Source: Longimicrobiales bacterium
GTDB lineage: Bacteria > Gemmatimonadota > Gemmatimonadetes > Longimicrobiales > Gaopeijiaceae
Length of the DNA stretch: 38,731 nucleotides
Assembly (NCBI GenBank): GCA_965197725.1
Contig: CBDANQ010000023.1
Coordinates: 1 to 38,731 of the forward strand
Direction of reading: 5' to 3'
Below, piece after piece: positions 31,500 to 38,731 of this stretch (the first letter of the stretch is position 1; every line of letters begins with the position of its first letter). A program made the translations under genes and the position numbers. The notes below the pieces were generated by a model. The model saw nothing but the letters and a program-made list of their open reading frames with translations, was not told the DNA's origin and did not search any database.

Positions 31500-34061
31500 G
31501 TGAAACTTCTCGTCGCAGGAATCGGGATCGCTGGTGTAACGCTCGTGTTGGGCGCTCCGAGCACAGACGGCGGCTCGGACTTGTACGAGCGAGCGCAACA
31601 GCCGTCCCCGGTTGCGGTCGCCGGCGCGACCCGCGCCGCGGCAGACTACCATGCCGCGCCCGGCTACAGCTCGGGGTCGTTGGCCCTCAGCGGTTCCCCG
31701 GCCAGCACGAGCCAAGCGGACCGGGAGTTCCGCGCAGGATCCGGGGAGGTGCCCGACGTTCCGCCCGAGGGCCTCAACGATGTGATCCAGCGGTACTGCC
31801 AGGGATGCCATAACGACAGGCGGCTGAGGGGTAACATGTCTCTCGAGGGGTTCGACGTTGGGGCCGCTGGGGAGCGGTGGGAGACGGCGGAGAAGATGAT
31901 CCAGAAGCTCCGGACGGCCATGATGCCGCCGCCGGGCAGGCGGCGACCGGGTGCGGATACCCTACTGGCGCTAGTCGAGACGCTGGAGCGGACGATCGAC
32001 AAGTTCGCCGACGACAACCCGAATCCTGGCGGCCGAAGCTTCCAGCGGCTCAACCGGGCTGAGTATGAAAGGGCCATCCACGACCTGTTCGGGCTCGACG
32101 TGGACGCGGCAAGGTGGCTGCCGCCCGACCCGTACCTGCACAACTTCGACCACATGGCGGTCTCCCAGACCCTGTCAGCGACGCTGCTCAACGCCTACCT
32201 GAATGCCGCCAACGACGTCAGCCGAATGGTGCTTGGCCAACCCGATGCCAGGCCGGATTCCGAAATGTACCTGGTCCCTACCCGTGCGTCCCAACACGAG
32301 TGGGATCGCGTCGAGGGCGCGCCGTACGGGACGCGGGGCGGGATCGTGGTGGACCACCATTTCCCAGCGGATGGCGAGTACGTCTTCGTGATGTGGTTCT
32401 GGGCCGGAGATCATGAGCGGTTCGCGAACATGGATATTTCCATCGATGGCGAGCGAGTCGCCTACCTGGGTATAGAGCCGCTGCACAGGGATTCCGATTT
32501 GGGACCCAACTGGATGCAGTTGACGGATCCTATCTTCGTTCGAGCGGGACAGCACCGAGTGGCGGCCGCGTTCATCCGGAAGGCCGACGGGCCGTACGCC
32601 GACCTGCAGCAGCCGTTCGGTTGGTCCAACTCCGGCACGCGGCACGCACTCGGAACGGGTTTTGTGGTGCTGACGCACCTGCGGGATTTGAGCATCCAAG
32701 GGCCGGTAGACGCCCAGGGGGTCTCGGAGACCCCGAGCCGGCAGCGGGTGTTCACCTGCCGACCGACCTCTCCGGACGAAGCGCGGCCGTGCGCCCAAGA
32801 GATCGTCTCCCGGCTGGCGAGGCAGGCGTACCGGCGGCCGCTCAACGACTCGGACCTGGAAGGGCTGATGTCGTTCTACGACACCGGTGTGGCCGAGGGT
32901 GGGTTCGAGATCGGTGTGCGGACGGCGCTGGAAGCGATGCTGTCGAGCCCGCACTTCGTTTTTCGTGTGGAAGAGGCGCCGGCGGGTGACCGCCGTCCGG
33001 GTGAGAACTATCGGCTGAGCGAGTTGGCCCTCGCTTCGCGCCTGTCGTACTTCCTGTGGGGCACGCAGCCGGATGACGAGCTCGTGGCGCTGGCGAGTGA
33101 CGGGAAGCTCTCGGATTCGAAGGAACTGGAGCGGCAGGCGAGGCGCATGTTGGCCGATCCCCGCTCGGAGACGTTGTCCACGCGCTTCGCGACCCAGTGG
33201 CTACGGTTGCAGGATCTGGACATGGTCCAGCCGGACGCGTTCTGGTCCGCCGATTTCAATGAGCAGCTCAGAGCGGCCATGCGACGTGAGACGGAGCTGT
33301 TCTTCCACAGCCTGGTCCGCGAGGACCGGAGTGTGCTGGAGCTTTACCGCGCGGACTACACCTTCCTGAACGAGCGCCTTGCCGAGCACTACGGGATTCC
33401 GGGCGTGGTGGGCGAGAGCTTCCGGAAGGTTGAGTACCCCCAGGGCGTGGCGCGGCAAGGGCTGCTGGGCCACGGCAGCGTGCTGATGTCTACGTCGATG
33501 GGCTCGCGGACCTCGCCGGTGTTGCGTGGCAAGTGGGTGATGGAGGTGCTGCTCAACGCCCCACCTCCACCGCCTCCACCGAACATACCGGCCCTGGAGG
33601 AGACGGAGGGGGAGGAGGACGGGAGGCTGCTCACCACGCGGGAGCGGCTCGAGATCCATCGCCGGAGCCCGGTCTGTGCGTCCTGCCACCAGTACATGGA
33701 CCCCATCGGGGTGGCAATGGAGAACTTTGGCATCACTGGGGAGTGGCGGATTCGCGAGAGCGGCTCGCCTCTCGACGCGCAGGGCCAGATGTACGATGGC
33801 ACCCCACTGAACAGTGCGGTGCAGCTTTCCAATGCGTTGCTGAGCCGTCCCATCCCGTTGGTGCGAACGTTCACGATGAACCTTCTGGCCTACGCCCTGG
33901 CCCGGCGCATCGAGTACTACGACGGGCCCACGATTAGGGCCATCAGCCGGGAAGCCGAGGCGAATGACTACGGAGTTTCATCCCTAGTCCTCGGCGTGGT
34001 GAAAAGCGACGCCTTCCGGATGAAGCGGGAAGCGGGAGACGTCAGCGCGGGGGAGAGGTAG
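31500..34061 (+). CDS. DUF1592-family multidomain protein (PSCyt1, DUF1587, DUF1595, DUF1592, DUF1588, DUF1585) with two CxxCH motifs
   Basis: Signal peptide; CQGCH and CASCH; RLNRAEYERAIHDL, LASRLSYFLWGTQPD, QWLRL, RTSPVLRGKWV, PPPPP, YALAR. Confidence 0.9.
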   Translation: MKLLVAGIGIAGVTLVLGAPSTDGGSDLYERAQQPSPVAVAGATRAAADYHAAPGYSSGSLALSGSPASTSQADREFRAGSGEVPDVPPEGLNDVIQRYCQGCHNDRRLRGNMSLEGFDVGAAGERWETAEKMIQKLRTAMMPPPGRRRPGADTLLALVETLERTIDKFADDNPNPGGRSFQRLNRAEYERAIHDLFGLDVDAARWLPPDPYLHNFDHMAVSQTLSATLLNAYLNAANDVSRMVLGQPDARPDSEMYLVPTRASQHEWDRVEGAPYGTRGGIVVDHHFPADGEYVFVMWFWAGDHERFANMDISIDGERVAYLGIEPLHRDSDLGPNWMQLTDPIFVRAGQHRVAAAFIRKADGPYADLQQPFGWSNSGTRHALGTGFVVLTHLRDLSIQGPVDAQGVSETPSRQRVFTCRPTSPDEARPCAQEIVSRLARQAYRRPLNDSDLEGLMSFYDTGVAEGGFEIGVRTALEAMLSSPHFVFRVEEAPAGDRRPGENYRLSELALASRLSYFLWGTQPDDELVALASDGKLSDSKELERQARRMLADPRSETLSTRFATQWLRLQDLDMVQPDAFWSADFNEQLRAAMRRETELFFHSLVREDRSVLELYRADYTFLNERLAEHYGIPGVVGESFRKVEYPQGVARQGLLGHGSVLMSTSMGSRTSPVLRGKWVMEVLLNAPPPPPPPNIPALEETEGEEDGRLLTTRERLEIHRRSPVCASCHQYMDPIGVAMENFGITGEWRIRESGSPLDAQGQMYDGTPLNSAVQLSNALLSRPIPLVRTFTMNLLAYALARRIEYYDGPTIRAISREAEANDYGVSSLVLGVVKSDAFRMKREAGDVSAGER

Positions 34062-34086
34062 CAAGAAACAAAAAAGCAAGAAACAA
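34060..34086. repeat. A-rich 12-bp direct repeat x2 (AGCAAGAAACAA)
   Basis: Copies at 34060-34071 and 34075-34086, between the DUF1592 and DUF1552 genes. Confidence 0.75.
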
Positions 34087-34137
34087 GAAAGAAGGACGGC
34101 AGCGGCAGCGCTCAATCTCAACGGACGAAAGGCTATC

Positions 34138-35565
34138 ATGACCATGCAAATCATCACTGGAAGACACATTCCCCGCCGCACCTTCATCCGCGGCATGGGC
34201 GCGACGGTGGCGTTGCCGTTCTTGGACGCGATGATCCCGGCCGGGCGCCGGCGGTGGGGGAGCGTGGCAGCCGAGCTCGACGCTCGCACGCGACTGGTGT
34301 GCATCGAGGAGGTGCACGGCTTGCCAGGGTGCAGCAAGTGGGGGGCGAGCCAGCACCTCTTCGCGCCGGCGACGATCGGGCGTGACTTCGAGATGAACGA
34401 TCTCAACGTGCTGAAATCGCTCGAGCCGTTCCAGGACTATCTGACGATCATCAGCAACACCGACGTTCGACTGGCGGAGGCGTGGAAGCCTAGGGAGATC
34501 GGAGGAGACCATTTTCGTTCGACGGCGGTCTTCCTGACGCAAAGCCACCCGAAGCAGACCCAGGGCTCCGACATCTACGTGGGGGCTTCCCTGGACCAGA
34601 TGCACGCGCAGCGGTTCGGACAGGACACGGCGCTTCCGTCGCTGCAGCTCTGCATCGAGAACCTGGGCCAAGGGGGTGGTTGCTGGTACAACTACCACTG
34701 CGCGTACACGGATGCGTTGAGCTGGGCGTCGGCGAGCGAGCCGCTTCCCATGATCCGCGATCCGCGGGCGGCGTTCGATCTTCTGTTCGGCGCGGGCGGA
34801 AGCAATCAGGAGCGGGCGATCCGGCGGCGGACCAACCAGGGCATCCTCGACTGGATCACGGAAGAGCTTGTGGCGCTGAAGCGGAGCGTGGGGACCCAGG
34901 ACGGTCACCGGTTGGACCAGTACCTGGAGAACGTCCAGGAGGTGGAGCGGAGAATCCAGAAGGTCGAGGCGTTCAACACGAGTGGAGAGCAGCGGGAACT
35001 GCCGGAGGCGCCGGCCGGGGTGCCGGACTCCTACGGGGAGCACATGGAGATCATGTTCGATCTCCAGGTGCTGGCGTTCCAGACAGACATGACCCGGGTG
35101 GTGTCGTTCAAGACGGGGCGGGACGCCTCGAACCGGATCCACCCGGAGAGCGGCGTGAACACGCCGTTCCATGCGGTATCGCACCACGGGGACAAAGAGG
35201 AGACGATTCTGGACTTCAACGAGATTATGCGACATCGCCTCAGCCCAGTCCCGTACTTCCTGGAGAAGCTGAAGGGGAGCATGGAGGGCGACACCCATCT
35301 GCTCGACAAGACGGCGATCATCTGGGGTTCCCCGATGGCCGACGCCAATCTCCATTCCCATCGGCGGTGTCCGCTCATCCTGCTCGGCCATGCCAACGGC
35401 CAGCTCGAGGGCAACCTTCACCTGAAAGCGCCGCCAGGAACGCCGATGGCGAACGCGTTCCTGGACCTGTTGCACAGGCTCGGTCACGACATGGAGAGCT
35501 TCGGCGACAGCACGGGCGAGTTCCCGTTGGGCTTCAACGCCGTCACCGCCGCGGAGGCGTCATGA
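34138..35565 (+). CDS. DUF1552 (HxxSHH family) protein with twin-arginine signal
   Basis: IPRRTFIRGMGATVALPFLDAM, HAVSHH, C-x(9)-C-x(5)-C cluster (CIENLGQGGGCWYNYHC), FGDSTG. Confidence 0.9.
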   Translation: MTMQIITGRHIPRRTFIRGMGATVALPFLDAMIPAGRRRWGSVAAELDARTRLVCIEEVHGLPGCSKWGASQHLFAPATIGRDFEMNDLNVLKSLEPFQDYLTIISNTDVRLAEAWKPREIGGDHFRSTAVFLTQSHPKQTQGSDIYVGASLDQMHAQRFGQDTALPSLQLCIENLGQGGGCWYNYHCAYTDALSWASASEPLPMIRDPRAAFDLLFGAGGSNQERAIRRRTNQGILDWITEELVALKRSVGTQDGHRLDQYLENVQEVERRIQKVEAFNTSGEQRELPEAPAGVPDSYGEHMEIMFDLQVLAFQTDMTRVVSFKTGRDASNRIHPESGVNTPFHAVSHHGDKEETILDFNEIMRHRLSPVPYFLEKLKGSMEGDTHLLDKTAIIWGSPMADANLHSHRRCPLILLGHANGQLEGNLHLKAPPGTPMANAFLDLLHRLGHDMESFGDSTGEFPLGFNAVTAAEAS

Positions 35566-37400
35566 GGAAGCAAGCGAAGAACGCCCGCACGAAGGACACC
35601 CGCCTACGCGTGAATGTGATGGGCGCATTGGGCATGGTGGCGATACTGTGGGGTGCCGCCAGCCCTGACTGGCCCGTGGCCGATGCGGCGATGCGGGGCG
35701 ACGTGGATGCGGTGCGGGCGTTGCTCCAGCAGGGCGCCGATGCGAGCGAGGCCCAGGGTGATGGCATGACGGGGCTGCACTGGGCAGCACAGCGAGGCCA
35801 TCTCGAGATGGCGGAGCTGTTGATCACCGCCGGGGCGAACGTGCATGCCGGAACCAGGATCGGCCACTACACACCCCTTCACCTCGCGAGTCGGGCCGGC
35901 AGCGCGCCGCTGGCCGTCGCGCTGCTCGCTGCGGGCAGCGACGTGCACGCAGTGACGACCAACAGTGGCGTGACGCCGCTCCACCTGGCGGCTGAGTCGG
36001 GCAGTGCGGACGCCATTCGGGTGCTGGTGGAGCACGGCGGGGACGCGAACGCCCGCGAGGGCGCGTGGGACCAGACGCCGCTGATCTTCGCGGCGGCCCA
36101 CAACCGTCCGGAGGCGATCCGTACGCTCCTGGAACTGGGAGCGGATGCCTCGTTGGCCGAGAGCGTCATCGAGGACGTGGCCCGGCACGCATTGGTGAAC
36201 GCCTCGGCCCGTTACCGATTCTATGAGGCGCTGCTGGAGTTCCGTCCGGACTGGATCAACAATGACCCGACCTCCCAGGGATGGGGCCCCGTGGATTTGG
36301 GCGAGCGCCCCACCCCCGGCCAGTTGGAGGTGGCGATCCGGGCCGCGCGCGAGGGGCAGCGGAACGGAGAGGTGCAGGACATACAGTGGAGAGGGGCGGG
36401 GGGAGGGGGCCGGACACAGGCGTCTCTGGTGGGGAAGTGGGGTGGCCTGACTCCACTCCTGCACGCGGCCCGGGCAGGGCATGTAAAGGCTGTGCTGGCG
36501 CTCCTAGACGGGGGAGCGGACATCAACCAGTCGAGTGGGGATGGGACCAGCCCGTTGCTGATTGCCATGCTCAACGGCCGTTTTGACCTAGCGTTACAGC
36601 TTCTGGCGCAGGGTGCGGATCCGAACGTTGCCAGTGAATCCGGGGCTGCCCCGTTGTATGCCGTCATCAACGTGCAGTGGTCAGGCAAGTCGTTCTACCC
36701 GCAGCCGCGAGCGCATGAGCAGCAGAAAACCAATCACTTGGAGGTGATGCAGGCACTGCTCGAGGCTGGAGCGGATCCGAACGTGCGCCTGACCAAAGAT
36801 CTGTGGTGGTCCCATCGGCGTTTCGTAACCGCGGACCTCGAGGGGACGACGCCGTTCTTCCGCGCCGCGTTGGGCCTGGATGTCGCTGCCATGCGCCTGC
36901 TGGTGGCACACGGCGCCGATCCGTCCATCGCCAGCAGCAGGCCAGACGATGGGGGAAACAAGTTTGGGGACGAAGAAAGATTCTACCCGGAGGAGGATCC
37001 CAGCGGTGTGCCGCCCGTACCTGTGGGCGGGCCCAGCTGGTACCCGATCCACGCGGCAACGGGCCTGGGATACGACATGCGGGCGGCGAATGAACACCGC
37101 CACGTACCAGGCGCGTGGCTATCGGCGCTCAAGTACCTGGTCGAGGAGATGGGAGCGGACGTGAACGCGAGGGATGTGGACGCCAGTACGCCGCTCCACA
37201 ACGCCGCCTCGCGCGGGGACATCGACGTCGTCCTCTATCTGCTGGAGAAGGGTGCCGATGTGATGGCGGTGAACCGGCTGGCGCAAACGACCGTCGACAT
37301 TGCGAACAGCCCGAGCTATAATGTGCGGCCGTTTCCGGAGATGATCGCGTTGCTGGAGAGCCTGGGAGTAAAGAACAACCAGAGGTGCAAGGTGTGCTGA
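35562..37400 (+). CDS. Exported ankyrin-repeat protein (paralog B), C-terminal CxxC
   Basis: ATGA overlap with DUF1552 stop, GGAGG RBS; signal-like segment; ankyrin repeats collinear with paralog A; ends NNQRCKVC. Confidence 0.9.
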   Translation: MRKQAKNARTKDTRLRVNVMGALGMVAILWGAASPDWPVADAAMRGDVDAVRALLQQGADASEAQGDGMTGLHWAAQRGHLEMAELLITAGANVHAGTRIGHYTPLHLASRAGSAPLAVALLAAGSDVHAVTTNSGVTPLHLAAESGSADAIRVLVEHGGDANAREGAWDQTPLIFAAAHNRPEAIRTLLELGADASLAESVIEDVARHALVNASARYRFYEALLEFRPDWINNDPTSQGWGPVDLGERPTPGQLEVAIRAAREGQRNGEVQDIQWRGAGGGGRTQASLVGKWGGLTPLLHAARAGHVKAVLALLDGGADINQSSGDGTSPLLIAMLNGRFDLALQLLAQGADPNVASESGAAPLYAVINVQWSGKSFYPQPRAHEQQKTNHLEVMQALLEAGADPNVRLTKDLWWSHRRFVTADLEGTTPFFRAALGLDVAAMRLLVAHGADPSIASSRPDDGGNKFGDEERFYPEEDPSGVPPVPVGGPSWYPIHAATGLGYDMRAANEHRHVPGAWLSALKYLVEEMGADVNARDVDASTPLHNAASRGDIDVVLYLLEKGADVMAVNRLAQTTVDIANSPSYNVRPFPEMIALLESLGVKNNQRCKVC

Positions 37401-37425
37401 TTTCAGCCCAGCCCTACGATGGGCG

Positions 37426-37535
37426 GTGAAGTTTGAGCCACACCCGAACCACTGGAGCAGTGAAGTTTGAGCCACACCCGAACCACTGGAGCAGTGAAGT
37501 TTGAGCCACACCCGAACCACAATATTCACAATATT
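37426..37535. repeat. 34-bp tandem repeat x2.8 followed by 9-bp tandem repeat x2
   Basis: GTGAAGTTTGAGCCACACCCGAACCACTGGAGCA at 37426-37459 and 37460-37493, partial 37494-37520; CACAATATT x2 at 37518-37535, then AAGGAGGT RBS. Confidence 0.92.
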
Positions 37536-37548
37536 AAGGAGGTATAAC

Positions 37549-38731
37549 ATGCAAGTTCCTAGTTTGATGCTGAAGTTGATGAGCATCACAGCGATAACAT
37601 GCGCCATGGCGTTCACCGTGGCGCCACTGTCCGCGCAGGAGGGTACCGTCGTCGGGCAAGTCACGGCGGCCGGTACGTTGCGGCCTCTGGAGAGCGTGCA
37701 GGTGAGCGTCACGGCGCTGAATCTAGGAGGTCTGACCAACGTCAGCGGTCGCTTCGTCCTCGTCGGCATCCCAGTCGGGACGCACGTGCTCGAGGTCCGT
37801 TACCTCGGCTACGCGCTCGAGACTCGGGAGATCACGGTGACGGCTGGCGAGACGGTGGTCGTGGACGTCGAGATGCAAAGCCAGGCGATCGCGCTCGACG
37901 AGCTGATCGTCACCGGCACCGGCGTTGTGACCGAGCGTCGCCGTCTCGGCCAGACGGTGGCCACCCTCGGCGGCGAGGCGCTGGTCGAATCGGGCGCGGC
38001 CAATGTCTCGGAAGCGCTTCAGGGGCGGATCAGTGGTTTGTCGCCTTCACCGTCACGGCGGATGGGCAACTCTTCGTTTATCGTCTTGCGAGGGGGTGCG
38101 AGCATCAGCCAGCGCAACGAGCCGATCATCTACGTCGACGGTGTGCGCATGGACAACACGCGCAGTCAGGCGTGGAGTAATCTAATCTCGCCCATCGACG
38201 AGATTAACCCGGCCGATATCGAGCGGATCGAGGTAATCAAGGGCGCCGCCGCCGCGACCCTCTACGGCACCGAGGCGTCCGCCGGCGTGATCCAGATCAT
38301 CACGAAACGCGGGACCGCCGGTACTCCTGTCTACACGGTCGAGATCGGGCAGGAGGTGACGTCGTCGCCGAACTCGCGGATCGAGAGCAACTTTGGTTAC
38401 GACTTCAACTCGAAGCAGGTCCTGGAGGATCGCCCGTTCGACCGTTTTATGGGGACCGGCTACCAGCAGAATTACGCCGTTTCCGCCCGGGGTGGAACGC
38501 AAACCGTGCAGTACTTCGCATCGGCGCGCCTCAACGACGAACGCGGTAAGATGCGCACGGACATCAACAAGACTGGATTGAGGTCTGGCCGCTTGGATAT
38601 CACGTTCAAGCCCACGGACAAATTAGAGACTCGCGCGGGCTTGTCCGTATCGACGCGCTTGCTCAGGGTGCCCGCGGGGCGCACCAACTTCGTGTGGCCG
38701 ACCATTCTCGCTAACCCGGCACTGAAAGACG
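37549..38731 (+). CDS. SusC/RagA-like TonB-dependent receptor, 5' part (runs off window; absent from ORF track)
   Basis: Hand translation MQVPSLML...APLSA|QEGTVVGQV, carboxypeptidase-like N-domain (RYLGY), TonB-box-like LDELIVTG, plug PIIYVDGV and INPADIERIEVIKGAAAATLYGTEASAGVIQIITKRG. Confidence 0.92.
   Translation, partial: MQVPSLMLKLMSITAITCAMAFTVAPLSAQEGTVVGQVTAAGTLRPLESVQVSVTALNLGGLTNVSGRFVLVGIPVGTHVLEVRYLGYALETREITVTAGETVVVDVEMQSQAIALDELIVTGTGVVTERRRLGQTVATLGGEALVESGAANVSEALQGRISGLSPSPSRRMGNSSFIVLRGGASISQRNEPIIYVDGVRMDNTRSQAWSNLISPIDEINPADIERIEVIKGAAAATLYGTEASAGVIQIITKRGTAGTPVYTVEIGQEVTSSPNSRIESNFGYDFNSKQVLEDRPFDRFMGTGYQQNYAVSARGGTQTVQYFASARLNDERGKMRTDINKTGLRSGRLDITFKPTDKLETRAGLSVSTRLLRVPAGRTNFVWPTILANPALKD

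Noticed and set aside
34680..35561. N-terminal extension making ankyrin B 906 aa (apparent fusion)
   Set aside because: Out-of-frame overlap with DUF1552; the real start is ATG 35562 with RBS and signal peptide.
37426..37520. 34-bp repeat as a CRISPR array
   Set aside because: Units are head-to-tail with no unique spacers, and no cas genes are in the window.

Overview
High-GC bacterial DNA. Gene content (SusC-type TonB receptor, DUF5916, BNR/VPS10-like protein, DUF1592/DUF1552) suggests Gemmatimonadota or a similar lineage; this is inference. The left ~27 kb is mostly core metabolism: proline dehydrogenase, MFS and MscS genes, an ergothioneine locus (egtB-egtD, convergent egtC, divergent betaine/EgtU-type ABC importer), trxC-argR-argG-argH with tandem ARG boxes, a DUF5916 outer-membrane protein, DAHP synthase, rpiA-rpe, an Hpt/REC/MASE3-PAS hybrid-kinase phosphorelay, a polyprenol kinase-like gene, a TIGR01777 protein and trmH. 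About ten frameshifts or junctions fall in this part, probably long-read indel errors. After an internally deleted ISAzo13-type transposase relic (~27.0 kb) comes an accessory block of exported proteins of unknown function: an atypical creatininase-family hydrolase, two paralogous ankyrin proteins ending in CxxC, a lipoprotein, a two-CxxCH DUF1592 protein, a Tat-signal DUF1552 (HxxSHH) protein and a SusC-like receptor cut off by the window edge. Main non-obvious signals: (i) an unannotated, apparently leaderless attenuator peptide (MHRHARGYRYYWF...) with a terminator upstream of DAHP synthase; (ii) the DUF1592-DUF1552-ankyrin-TonB module; (iii) short duplications in three successive intergenic regions of that module, including a 34-bp x2.8 array before the receptor; (iv) a 44-codon uORF abutting egtC.
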